From positions 1 to 32,988 of the IMG/VR virus record IMGVR_UViG_3300020042_003425: 32,988 nucleotides of DNA. One strand, written 5' to 3'. Source of the DNA: a virus. Its lineage: Duplodnaviria; Caudoviricetes. Of this stretch, positions 9,756 through 19,469 are shown one piece after another (position 1 is the stretch's first letter; each line of letters starts with the position of its first letter). The translations under genes and the position numbers were made by a program. The notes beneath the pieces were generated by a model. The model searched no databases. It worked only from the letters and a program-made list of their open reading frames with translations, and was not told the DNA's origin.

Positions 9756-11765
9756 ATGGCAGATAAAAATAGTTTGATTCAATACGTGGTTCAGAAAGTA
9801 GGGCCTGACCAATTAAAAATGATGGTGGACCAGGCCGAGCAAGAACTCAGTCAAGACCCTGATGTCACTCAGGAGGCTCTTGCTGAGTTAGAAAAGCAGC
9901 TTACTTATTTAGTTGAAAATCCGGAAACGTACCCTGAATTTGTGGTTTCTGCCGTTGAATCCGGGATGATCGATGCGGAAGATCTTCCGCAAGAATTTCA
10001 GCCTATTTTTATTGCGGTAATATTAATTGCTATATCAGAGCTTAAGAATCGTATGGCTACCCAAGGCAGCCAGATGTTTGCTAAAGGGGGTCTTGCAACT
10101 GTTGCCAATCAGTTAGCTGCAAAAGGACGCTTTGGCGACACGATGCTAGCGCACATTAATCCTCGTGAGGCTGAAGTCCTTCGCCAAATGGGAGGTTCAG
10201 GTACAATCAATCCTCATACGGGCCTTCCTGAGTTCTTTTTTAAGAAGCTTTTTAAAGCAGTTAAGAATGTGTTTAAGGCTGTTGTTAAAATAGCTGCCCC
10301 AATTGTTGCTACTGTTGTTGCAGGACCTTGGGCTGGTGCAGCGGTAGGTGCTTTGATAGGTGCTGGCGGCGGTGGCGGTTTGAAAGGGGCGTTAATCGGA
10401 GGTCTTACTGGATCGTTAGGGCCAGGAGGATTACTAGGTAACACAGCGAAAGCTTTAGGAACCGGGGTATCAAAATATTTACCTAAGCTTATTACAGATA
10501 ACATCGGTGCTCAAACATTAGGGGCCGGTTTATTAGGCGGCGCGGGTAGCGCTGCATTAGGTCAAGGTTTTTTACCGGGTGCTTTAGCAGCTGGGAGTGT
10601 GTCAGCGCTGACCCCAACTGTTACAAGTTTAACTAACAGCGCAAAAGGAATAATAGGCGGCGTAAAAGGAGTAGGAAGCAGCGCGGCCGGTTCTGGCGGA
10701 GTCTTCCCATCACAAGCTGGTGGATTAAACCAAGTAAGTAGTAATCTACTGGGATCCTCGTCTAGTGTTCCAAGAATGAGTAACGCTATTAATGCCGCTG
10801 AAGTAGGCGCTAATCCTGCGGGCTACGAGGTATATAAGAATGCTATGCAGGCTAACGCTGCTGCGGGTATTCCAGGGTTTACTAATGCGGCTGGTGCGGA
10901 GGTAGCTAAAAATGCTATGGAAGCAAACATCGCAGCGGGCATCCCAGGGTTTACTAATGCGGCTGGCGCAGAAGTAGCTAAAAATGCTATGGCGGCTAAC
11001 GCCGTTGCCGGTGTTCCAGGGTTTAGTACTAACGCGTCAAACATCGCTGCGTCAAATATAGCCGGAGGTACTGGACTAACTAGCGGTACTGATTTAATGG
11101 GTGCTACCACCATGGGAGGGGCAAATGCATCACCTGGTTTATTAATTGGCGGAGCAGCTAAAGATACTGGACTATTTGGTACTGGCATCTCTGGCAGCCA
11201 AGCGCTAATGGGGACCCTGCTTCTAGGTGGCTTAACACCGCAAGAGGGACTTAAAAAGATTGAAGAAGATCCTGCCTTGACTGCGGCACACAAAGAAGCA
11301 ATGAGCCGCGCTTTAACAAACTACACCGCTAAATACAACATGACTACCTTGCCTCAACAAGGCACCCCTGAGTATGACGACATGATGAGCAACATTAGTC
11401 AGGGTATCGGCATTACCTTTATGAACCCAACTATTACTGTTGACAATACTGGCGTTACTCAACCAATGAAACGTGGGGGAAAAGCAAAAGCTCCTGCTGG
11501 TGGATTATCTCAAATTGCTATGCTAGCAAGTGGTACAGGTTCAGGCAGAGATGATACAATTAACGCAAGATTATCAGACGGCGAATACGTGCTTGATGCT
11601 GAAACAGTGGCGCTACTTGGTAACGGTAGCACTAAGGCAGGCGCAGCAGTCCTTGACCAAATGCGCGAACAACTACGCAAACAAAAAGGTAAGGCTCTGG
11701 CAAAAGGGAAATTTTCACCTGACGCCAAATCGCCATTGGCTTACATGAAAGGTGGGTTAAAATAA
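9756..11765 (+). CDS. Internal virion / DNA ejection protein with Gly-rich membrane-type segments
   Basis: MFAKGGLA...GRFGDTMLAHINP.EA..L...GGSGTINP.TGLPEF; amphipathic KKLFKAVKNVFKAV followed by Gly-zipper hydrophobic helices; C-terminal GTGSGRDDTINARLSDGEYV motif of the kind seen at tape-measure C-termini. Confidence 0.7.
   Translation: MADKNSLIQYVVQKVGPDQLKMMVDQAEQELSQDPDVTQEALAELEKQLTYLVENPETYPEFVVSAVESGMIDAEDLPQEFQPIFIAVILIAISELKNRMATQGSQMFAKGGLATVANQLAAKGRFGDTMLAHINPREAEVLRQMGGSGTINPHTGLPEFFFKKLFKAVKNVFKAVVKIAAPIVATVVAGPWAGAAVGALIGAGGGGGLKGALIGGLTGSLGPGGLLGNTAKALGTGVSKYLPKLITDNIGAQTLGAGLLGGAGSAALGQGFLPGALAAGSVSALTPTVTSLTNSAKGIIGGVKGVGSSAAGSGGVFPSQAGGLNQVSSNLLGSSSSVPRMSNAINAAEVGANPAGYEVYKNAMQANAAAGIPGFTNAAGAEVAKNAMEANIAAGIPGFTNAAGAEVAKNAMAANAVAGVPGFSTNASNIAASNIAGGTGLTSGTDLMGATTMGGANASPGLLIGGAAKDTGLFGTGISGSQALMGTLLLGGLTPQEGLKKIEEDPALTAAHKEAMSRALTNYTAKYNMTTLPQQGTPEYDDMMSNISQGIGITFMNPTITVDNTGVTQPMKRGGKAKAPAGGLSQIAMLASGTGSGRDDTINARLSDGEYVLDAETVALLGNGSTKAGAAVLDQMREQLRKQKGKALAKGKFSPDAKSPLAYMKGGLK
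10827..11030 (+). repeat. Three tandem 72-bp (24-aa) repeats EV.KNAM.AN.AAG.PGFTNAAGA, the third incomplete
   Basis: Units start at 10827, 10899 and 10971, with near-identical DNA (aatgctatg...ccagggtttactaatgcggctgg). Confidence 0.9.
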
Positions 11766-12667
11766 TGGCAGCAACTAATTGGACCGCCGCATTATCAGGG
11801 TTATTTCAAGGCAATCCGCAGGCTGCGCCTAGCTATGCTGCAACCACATCTGACGTGCCTAAGTGGCTACAAGACTATACTGTTGACTTGTTTAGTCAGC
11901 AGCGTGCTGTCTCAGGCTTACCTTATCAATCTTACAAACTACCACGAGTAGCAGGTACCACACAGCCTACACAGCAAGCTTACCAAACGGTTCTGAACTC
12001 AGTTGGTGATTATCAACAACCGCTAGATGCTGCTATGTCTGGCACACAGAACTTAGCAAACACCAATTCGTATAGCAACGTCGCTAACTATATGAACCCG
12101 TACAACACGGCGGTGACGGATCAGATTGCTAAACTTGGTGCCCGTAACTTGACAGAGAACATACTACCTGGCGTGTCTGATCAGTTTATTCGTGCTGGTT
12201 CATTTGGTGGATCCCGTATGGGCGAGTTTGGTAACCGCGCTGTTCGTGATACTCAAGAATCGATCCTTGGTCAGCAAGCAAACGTGCTAAATACAGGCTA
12301 CACCCAAGCAATGGCAAACGCTCAGCAAGACATGACTCGTCAGCAAGGAGCTCTTTCTCAAACAGCTGAGCTTGCTAAGATGCAACAAGGTCTGGCTGCC
12401 TCAGACGCCGCCGCGCTTCAGTCTATTGGTACGGAACAACAAAATCAACAGCAAAAAGGTTTGGACATTGCTTACCAAGATTTTATCAATCAACAAAACT
12501 GGCCACAGCAGCAGATCAACAACATGTCTACTACACTTCGTGGACTACCTCCTGCAGCAATACCGACTACTCAAAACCAGACTGGTGCTACCACGCAGTT
12601 TAGTCCAAGTCCATTGTCACAAGTAGCGTCTGCTTACTTTACATCTAAAGCGTTAGGACAACCGTAA
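11765..12667 (+). CDS. DNA ejection / pilot protein
   Basis: Gln-rich and helical; YMNPY...V and AGSFGGSR motifs typical of podovirus DNA-transfer proteins; TAATG coupling. Confidence 0.7.
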   Translation: MAATNWTAALSGLFQGNPQAAPSYAATTSDVPKWLQDYTVDLFSQQRAVSGLPYQSYKLPRVAGTTQPTQQAYQTVLNSVGDYQQPLDAAMSGTQNLANTNSYSNVANYMNPYNTAVTDQIAKLGARNLTENILPGVSDQFIRAGSFGGSRMGEFGNRAVRDTQESILGQQANVLNTGYTQAMANAQQDMTRQQGALSQTAELAKMQQGLAASDAAALQSIGTEQQNQQQKGLDIAYQDFINQQNWPQQQINNMSTTLRGLPPAAIPTTQNQTGATTQFSPSPLSQVASAYFTSKALGQP

Positions 12668-15030
12668 TGGCTAATCAAATCATGACCCCACTTGAAGAAC
12701 AAGTGATGAAGGACTACGGCAAGTACATGTACAAAGGCGTGTCCTTACCTGCTAATTACAAGATGACAGGACCTTTACCTTTTGGTGTTAGCATGGTAGA
12801 CAACCAACTGCGTGTTGATCCTTCAAGTAAATTATACGGCACTCAAGGTGATATGTTTGCTGCTATTCAAAATGCTAATGCTCCTAAGTCTACTGGTCGT
12901 TTTAATATGGGGAGTCTTAGCAATTTTAATTTGTCTAATATAACGCAACCTTCTTTTCCTAATAACGCTCCTTTTTCATTAAATAAACCTAGAGGCTTTG
13001 GAATGGGAGTGGGCGGATTTAATAATCTTGGCGCTAACATAATGGGCAACATGGGTAGAATGACTGGGTTTAATACTTTTGGCGCTCTTGGTAACCGTGG
13101 TAAACCTGCTCCTGTACAAAACGTAGCTAAAGAATTTGAAGTGTCCCGAACTCTTGACGAAGCTTTGCAAGAATACTTACGCCGTCAGCCGGGTATGACA
13201 CTTGAGCAGCTAAAAGCGCAGATTGAACAAAATCGCCAAGCGATAGCTGGCATGCCTACTACTGCACCTCAAGCCCTTGGTAAACCTATGTCTATTGGGG
13301 AACTAAACGCCAAGTACTACCAAGGTGGAAACCCTTACGGTAATACATTTGGTCAAGGCTACGCTGAGGGCGGTGAAGTTAAAGGCTACGCTCGTGGTAC
13401 AGAAGATGGCCCGTTTTATGACGAGACAGATCCTAATTTTGCTGCACAAGTTCAAAATAATATGAGCAAAAACCCGTTGTATGCTCAACGCGAAATAGCG
13501 GCTCCGGCTCCTGTTGCTAGACCTTCTGCGGTAGAGGAGGCCCTGGCACAACGACGCGCAATTATGGCCGACTTAAATAAGGCCCTTACGGCAGCCCCTG
13601 TTACTACATCAGGAATGACAGATTCTGAAAGAAACTGGCGTCTAGCGGCGGCGTTTGCTAAGCCGGGTAAGACAGGCGCCTTTGGCGAAGGCTTAGGTTA
13701 TGCGGCAGAGACAATGGCCGACGTAGCGGCAGAAAAACGTAAAGAGGCTAAAGAGCAAGCGGCTATGGGGTTACAACGTTTACAGGCCCGCTCTGAGTTG
13801 GCTAACCAACAGTACGCACTAGCCCGCGAAGGTGAGATGCAAGAGCTACTTAAAAAGTACGTTAGCAAGGGCCAAGGGGTGACAGACAAAGTAACCTCTG
13901 GTGCTACTTCACAAAGCGGCGGCGCAAGTGACGGTGTCCCAGAGGATGTTAAGGCCCTAATCTTAGCGCAACCGACAGAAAAAGCTGTGGCAACCATTAT
14001 TGAGATTGCTAAAGAAAATAACAAGCCCTCTGACTTAATTAAGGGTGTTAGTTTCTTGGTTAAAAACGGTGCTATTTCGCAAGAGCAAGGTAACGCAATT
14101 GTTCAAGAAAACTTACAGGGTAAGTTAGAGCAGCTTGATGTACAAGTTCCTGAATTAGGTGGGACCTTTAAACTTACTGGTCCAGAGGCTCGTTCGTATT
14201 ATGCCGACGGTACTCTTCCTACTCGTTTAGGCGGTAAAGCTAAAACAACGGCAGCCACAAGCCCTGATACTTCAGTGGCCCCAGCTAAGCCTGTTGCGGC
14301 ACCTGTGACGCAAGAGCAAATGAAGGCCAAAGAGACTGGGATGGTTGAGCAGGCTAAGAAAGACATTGACGCTAGTGACGCTTTATTGTCTCAAAAATCT
14401 TTCGCTAAGCAGCAAAAAGATGCCGCTAAGCTAATCCTAGGTTACGCTAAAACTAGCCCTAAATCATTCGGTGTTATCGCTGATCCAAACTGGTCAAACG
14501 CTGTCGCTAATCTTTTAGAGACGGGCATTAATACGCCATTTGGTAGTCTAGGTTTGGCAGTAGAGGAACCGATTGCCAAGCTTAAACTAACTGGCCCAGA
14601 GGCTACTGTTCGTCAAATGGCGGCGGCCCCTATTGCGTTGATTGAGGTTGGTTACCGTAAGTTGTACCTAAAAGGTGAGGGCGCTGTGTCTAACATGGAA
14701 GGGGCCTTGACTAAGTACATTGGTCCACAACTTTCTGACAACGCTAAGACAGTCCAGCTTAAAGCAGGTATGATTACTATTGGTGCAGAGAAACAAGAAA
14801 AAATAGTTGAGGCCTTTGAGAAGTACAAAGAAGCTCACCCAGAGGCTGGCCCACGTTCATTCTATCAAACACCAGAGTTCAAACGGATCAGGGACGCGTA
14901 CGAAACTAAGTACCGTGCTTTTGCGAAGGCAAACGGTATCCCTGTTGATGAAGAGGTTGCCTCAAGTGGCCCATCTAAAGGCGGAAATTTACTAGATTCT
15001 TTGCAAAAAGATCCACGTTGGAATAAATAA
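12667..15030 (+). CDS. Internal virion / ejection protein (low-complexity N-part, helical body)
   Basis: Position; YAEGGEVKGYARGT motif; AFAKPGKTGAFGEGLG; GAVSNME near the C-terminus. Confidence 0.65.
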   Translation: MANQIMTPLEEQVMKDYGKYMYKGVSLPANYKMTGPLPFGVSMVDNQLRVDPSSKLYGTQGDMFAAIQNANAPKSTGRFNMGSLSNFNLSNITQPSFPNNAPFSLNKPRGFGMGVGGFNNLGANIMGNMGRMTGFNTFGALGNRGKPAPVQNVAKEFEVSRTLDEALQEYLRRQPGMTLEQLKAQIEQNRQAIAGMPTTAPQALGKPMSIGELNAKYYQGGNPYGNTFGQGYAEGGEVKGYARGTEDGPFYDETDPNFAAQVQNNMSKNPLYAQREIAAPAPVARPSAVEEALAQRRAIMADLNKALTAAPVTTSGMTDSERNWRLAAAFAKPGKTGAFGEGLGYAAETMADVAAEKRKEAKEQAAMGLQRLQARSELANQQYALAREGEMQELLKKYVSKGQGVTDKVTSGATSQSGGASDGVPEDVKALILAQPTEKAVATIIEIAKENNKPSDLIKGVSFLVKNGAISQEQGNAIVQENLQGKLEQLDVQVPELGGTFKLTGPEARSYYADGTLPTRLGGKAKTTAATSPDTSVAPAKPVAAPVTQEQMKAKETGMVEQAKKDIDASDALLSQKSFAKQQKDAAKLILGYAKTSPKSFGVIADPNWSNAVANLLETGINTPFGSLGLAVEEPIAKLKLTGPEATVRQMAAAPIALIEVGYRKLYLKGEGAVSNMEGALTKYIGPQLSDNAKTVQLKAGMITIGAEKQEKIVEAFEKYKEAHPEAGPRSFYQTPEFKRIRDAYETKYRAFAKANGIPVDEEVASSGPSKGGNLLDSLQKDPRWNK

Positions 15031-15041
15031 GGAGCGCTGCT

Positions 15042-18000
15042 GTGGCAGATCAAAAAGTACAAGCTGGAACAGTCATTAATGCTCCTGAGGTAGAAGTTAA
15101 AGCCGATCCAAAGTTATCTGACGAGCAAATTCTTATTGCCAGAAAGATCCACGACGCTGCCGTTAAGTATGGCGTTGATCCGGAGTACGCTTTACGTATA
15201 GGCCACATTGAAAATCGATACAACACTGGGCCATCTCCGGCCGGCGCTATTGGACCGATGCAAATAATGCCCGGCACCGCTAAAGACCTTAAGATTGACC
15301 CTAATAACATTGATCAAAATATTGACGGTGGCGTTAGGCTTCTTAAGCAGCACATGGATAAATACAAAAATCCATACATTGCGGGGATTGCGTATAACGC
15401 TGGCCCAGGCGTGGCGGATAAATTCTTAGAAACAAATGACTCCTCTGTGTTGCCTGACGAGACCCTTAATTACGTTAAAATGCTGCACGAGAATTACACC
15501 CCGGGTGATCAAATTGACACCGGTGAAATTCCTGTTATAACAGAACTTAAAGTTGAAGAGACCCCTGGCGAATTTAAACGCAATGATTTAGGTGATCAAA
15601 TAGGTGCGGGTGCGGGTGCCGGCATTGGTATTGCCGCCGGTCGGTACTCTGATAAACAAGTTGAGGCTGCTCAAAAGGCAGAGGCCAAGGGTGAGGGCGC
15701 CGCTAAAAAAATCACAGAGAAACAAATTGCCTTAGAAGAAAAACAAAAGGCTCTATCTGGCCGCGCTACTAATCAACAAAAGATTATTGAGTCAGCCAAT
15801 AAAGAGTTAGAGACGCTAGCTAAACAGCACGAAGAGGCGCAAAAACGTTTAGCAAAAGCCACTGATAATGCACGCCGTTTTAGCGTGTTAGAAGAAAACG
15901 TAAAGACCACCCCTGGTGGCGTCACGCAAGAGGGCGGCATTGGATCTGGTGCAATGCGTCACTCTAACACTATGGGTGAGATCCATGAGGCTAACGTTGT
16001 TCGTAAAGGAACAGAGGCCGCTGGCTCTGGCTACTCTCAAAAGTCTCGCTTGATTGTCCCTGATAAGTACGCCAGTGCTGAGATCTACAATCCTGAACAA
16101 AAGGCAGCCCAGGCAGAGTTTGCTAAGGCACAAAGAGAGGCAGCGGATTTAGATAAAAAGTTAGCTGACGCTCAAAAACGTGTAGACGCTGAGTCTAATC
16201 GTTTACGTAACATTACAGAAAAAGGACCCTCTGGGCTTACTTCTGCAGAGACACAGCTTGAAATTGCTAAACGCAATTACGCAGAGGCTAAGGTTAAACA
16301 GCCAGGCAAATTTTTAAAAGTTATGCGTAACATTAGCGCCATCCCTGGTGCAAACGTTTTACCTGGCGCTTTTGCTGGATTAGACGCTGCAGAGGCTTAT
16401 GAACGCTTTAAACAAGGCGACATTACTGGCGGCATTATTAGCGGTACCGGCGCCGTAGGCGGTATGTTATCAATGTTGCCTCCGGTTACACCGGTTACGG
16501 CCGTGTTAAAAGGTGTAGGCACTGGTATGACAATGGCCGCGCCCGCGATGAATTATTTCCGTGATAAGGGTAACAAGGCCCCTGAGGGTGTTCATTTTGC
16601 AGAGGGCGGCGCAGTAAAAAAGTTTGGCGCGGGCGGTAAGGTTGTTGCTATCGCTGCAGAGAAAGCTAAAAAATTTCTTCCGACTGTCCGTAGCCGTGAG
16701 CGCGTAGCGTTCCCTGAGATCTACCGTGATCCGCGTATCATTGTTGGCGAGTCTGCCGGCCGCGTATCAAAAGAGAGCCCATTGCTTAGTCAATTATTTG
16801 GCGTAGACCGTTACGATCTTGATGCAATGACAAGAGACATGGGCCATGATTTAGCCGCACCGTATTACATAGCAACTAGGCCGCCTGAGTATTTAGGTGG
16901 CTTAAAAGGTAAGGCTAACACGCAGCGCATGCAAGATATTTTAGAGATTGCGCAGGCAGACCCTCGTTTTGCAGGATCTTACGGTTGGTTTCAGTCAGAG
17001 CCTTTAAGACAGCGCTTTATCGAACTTAACCCTAACGGCGCACGTGACTTTGATCGGTTTAGTCAATTAGGCGCGGCACTGTCTCCATCGACAGCGGTGC
17101 CTAAAGAGATTGAACGCTCAAGCGTCGCTTATTTAATGGATAAAGAGGGGCGCCTTTCAGACTTTTTAGATCCACGTAATATGCCTAAAGGTTATGGCCA
17201 CGCTTACCACACGACCGCTCATAATGCGGGCGTACGTAACATGATTGAGCGTGGTGATTTTAGACCAGTTAAATTAAAAGACGCGCCTAAAACACGCGTG
17301 TACTATGGCTCACGTACTGGCGAAAACTTAGACGTACCGACAGCCGACGCTCACTTTGTACGCGGTATTGGTTTGGCTGACTTACGCCCATCAACGAAGG
17401 CTGACGACTTTGGCAGTAGTATCTCAGCGACAGAGTTAGACCCGGTTGCTCAGTGGTACCGCTCTAAAGTGGCTGAGGCTATGGACATGCGTGCCTCACC
17501 AGCGCAGGCTTTACAGTGGAACGCGATGGGCACATCTACCGGCGTTGAGACAGAATTAGGGGTCCCTTTCTTAGAGTTAGTTGCGCGTCGTATCGGTCAG
17601 GTGGCTGAAAAAGAGGGCGTTAAACCTACTAAAGTGCGTGACGAATTTATTCGTGGTGAGCGTCACTTAGCGGAGGGAGGCCTTGTAAAAGGTTACGCCG
17701 AGGGAGACTACGTTGATTTAAGTAACAGCTCCCGCACAATGCGTGGGGAAGAACGTAACGAGCGTCCTTATGTTAGTCGTCCAGCTTGGATGGAAGGGCT
17801 AAACAATGACGCGCCGGTTAGAGCAATGCGAAAGGCGTCTTCAGTCGCAGGGACTGGTTTAGATTATTTAAAACGCGGACTAAATCAATTTAGGCCCATT
17901 GATCAAGCGTATTTAATCCCTAGCATGGAAGCAAACCTTGGTGATATTTTGTTAGGCGGCGCCTCTGACACATTAAAACAATGGAGTAAACCAGGAGAGG

Positions 18001-18842
18001 GCCCTATTACAGGCGGCCAGTATTATGTAAACCCCGTAACTGGTGAGGGAAGCTTTACTCCGGTAGAGCCGGACATTATGGGGCTCGCTAACGTAGGTAG
18101 CTTATACGGCATGGGTTTATCTAAACCTGTCACTGCTCCGTTTAAAATGCTGTCTCAAAAGTACGGTCAAAAAGCAGCGAGTAAAATGGCTAGTCCTTAC
18201 GCAATGGTTGAGGCAACGTCGCCTGAGTTATTGCAAGACACTTACCGTATGCGTGGCACCGGTGACATGGCAAACGATCCGCTTGGTTTATCAATGTCCG
18301 ACCTACGCGCTAACACAGCGCTAGAACGTGCAGGTCTAAGCAAGTACGACGTCCAACCTGGACAGGGTGCCTGGGGCGGTGGCGGCGAGAGTGAATTTAA
18401 TCGCGGCTACTCTATTAAGTTACCACGTGGCAACATGAAAAAATCAGAGGGATCGTTAGCGCAGTTTGGTAGCGACACTGATCAGATGATGATGTCGGCT
18501 GTTAAATTTGTGCCTCAAAAATCATTCGCTAAAAGTACAGCGATTGAAGTTAAAGGCGTAACCGGGAACGACATTGTTAGACTAAATAAAAAACTAGGTG
18601 ATGAGTTTGTGATTCAACATCGCCCACAAACTAACTCGGCCGTGATTTTTAATTACACAGACAAGCCACGTTATATGGGCGACCTTGAAGAGGCTGTTAA
18701 TAAGATTGTTCCTAACGGTAGAGTGTCCCCTGGTACGTACGAATCAAATGTTATTGATAGTTCGCAGTACGCAAGTAAGGGCGCTAAACCAAAAGGCCGT
18801 AAAACAATTGAGGTTGAACAAAAAATTATAAATCGTAAATAG
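15042..18842 (+). CDS. Multi-module internal virion protein: SLT lytic transglycosylase, coiled coil, Gly-rich hairpin and two cargo modules
   Basis: SLT motifs IENRYN (catalytic Glu), SPAGAIGPMQIMPGTA, NIDGGVRLL and AYNAGPG; RBS AGGAG with GTG start; FAEGG and LAEGG doublets at 16596 and 17667. Confidence 0.8.
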   Translation: MADQKVQAGTVINAPEVEVKADPKLSDEQILIARKIHDAAVKYGVDPEYALRIGHIENRYNTGPSPAGAIGPMQIMPGTAKDLKIDPNNIDQNIDGGVRLLKQHMDKYKNPYIAGIAYNAGPGVADKFLETNDSSVLPDETLNYVKMLHENYTPGDQIDTGEIPVITELKVEETPGEFKRNDLGDQIGAGAGAGIGIAAGRYSDKQVEAAQKAEAKGEGAAKKITEKQIALEEKQKALSGRATNQQKIIESANKELETLAKQHEEAQKRLAKATDNARRFSVLEENVKTTPGGVTQEGGIGSGAMRHSNTMGEIHEANVVRKGTEAAGSGYSQKSRLIVPDKYASAEIYNPEQKAAQAEFAKAQREAADLDKKLADAQKRVDAESNRLRNITEKGPSGLTSAETQLEIAKRNYAEAKVKQPGKFLKVMRNISAIPGANVLPGAFAGLDAAEAYERFKQGDITGGIISGTGAVGGMLSMLPPVTPVTAVLKGVGTGMTMAAPAMNYFRDKGNKAPEGVHFAEGGAVKKFGAGGKVVAIAAEKAKKFLPTVRSRERVAFPEIYRDPRIIVGESAGRVSKESPLLSQLFGVDRYDLDAMTRDMGHDLAAPYYIATRPPEYLGGLKGKANTQRMQDILEIAQADPRFAGSYGWFQSEPLRQRFIELNPNGARDFDRFSQLGAALSPSTAVPKEIERSSVAYLMDKEGRLSDFLDPRNMPKGYGHAYHTTAHNAGVRNMIERGDFRPVKLKDAPKTRVYYGSRTGENLDVPTADAHFVRGIGLADLRPSTKADDFGSSISATELDPVAQWYRSKVAEAMDMRASPAQALQWNAMGTSTGVETELGVPFLELVARRIGQVAEKEGVKPTKVRDEFIRGERHLAEGGLVKGYAEGDYVDLSNSSRTMRGEERNERPYVSRPAWMEGLNNDAPVRAMRKASSVAGTGLDYLKRGLNQFRPIDQAYLIPSMEANLGDILLGGASDTLKQWSKPGEGPITGGQYYVNPVTGEGSFTPVEPDIMGLANVGSLYGMGLSKPVTAPFKMLSQKYGQKAASKMASPYAMVEATSPELLQDTYRMRGTGDMANDPLGLSMSDLRANTALERAGLSKYDVQPGQGAWGGGGESEFNRGYSIKLPRGNMKKSEGSLAQFGSDTDQMMMSAVKFVPQKSFAKSTAIEVKGVTGNDIVRLNKKLGDEFVIQHRPQTNSAVIFNYTDKPRYMGDLEEAVNKIVPNGRVSPGTYESNVIDSSQYASKGAKPKGRKTIEVEQKIINRK

Positions 18843-19113
18843 TAAGTCTTGCCTCAAGTATCCTGTACCAACTTTCTGGTACGGGATACTTTCTCCCTTC
18901 CTCGTAATCATAGATCGCGTACCAAGAAGTTTTTAAATACTCGGCCGCCTCTTTCTGTGTAAACCCGTTCCGTACTCTTAAACAATACAATCTATAGTCT
19001 TTTTGTAGCTTTTTATTTGTTTTACCCTCACTTTTCACGCTAAAAAACCATAAAATGCCCAGCAAGGCACTTTTTAAGCAACGTAGCGCGTTTTTATATG
19101 TTTTTAATACCAC
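18826..19113 (-). CDS. XRE/Cro-like HTH transcriptional regulator (start probably GTG at 19113)
   Basis: LRVRNGFTQKEAAEYLKTSWYAIYDYEEGRK.P HTH signature; AAGGAGG RBS spaced correctly for the GTG at 19113; converges on the late operon with a 17-bp overlap. Confidence 0.8.
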   Translation of the reverse strand: MVLKTYKNALRCLKSALLGILWFFSVKSEGKTNKKLQKDYRLYCLRVRNGFTQKEAAEYLKTSWYAIYDYEEGRKYPVPESWYRILEARLTIYDL

Positions 19114-19150
19114 GGCCTTCACCTCCTTAAAATAATTTGCGTATCATTAA

Positions 19151-19366
19151 TTACCAAGATTTACAAACACAATCAACCGGACATTGAACAATGTATTTTG
19201 TTTGCGCTAAAACATCTTTAACAGTATCGCCCGCAATTGCATGAAGTCCATCGACAGAATATCCATCATTTAACAATACTTCGTATCCTTCCCCATCTAC
19301 TTTATCGAGCATCGATGAATACACTTCTTTATTACTTTCGATTAATTTTAAAATTAATTTGCTCAA
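19151..19366 (-). CDS. Small hypothetical early protein
   Basis: Directly downstream of a consensus leftward promoter and a TAGAAAGG RBS; TTG start. Confidence 0.65.
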   Translation of the reverse strand: MSKLILKLIESNKEVYSSMLDKVDGEGYEVLLNDGYSVDGLHAIAGDTVKDVLAQTKYIVQCPVDCVCKSW

Positions 19367-19409
19367 ATCTTTATACCTTTCTAAAAGTTATGGTTTTACC
19401 ACATAGAGA

Positions 19410-19438
19410 ATTATAGACCATAAATAAACAGTTGTCAA
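19410..19438 (-). promoter_or_regulatory. Consensus sigma70 promoter (leftward)
   Basis: Minus strand TTGACA (19438-19433), 17-bp spacer, TATAAT (19415-19410). Confidence 0.88.
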
Positions 19439-19469
19439 CACTTCCATGACGCGGTGACTAGAGTCTCTG

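Noticed and set aside
351-16133. Numerous minus-strand and alternate-frame ORFs inside structural genes
   Set aside because: Shadow ORFs of biased, repetitive coding sequence, without RBS or recognisable motifs.
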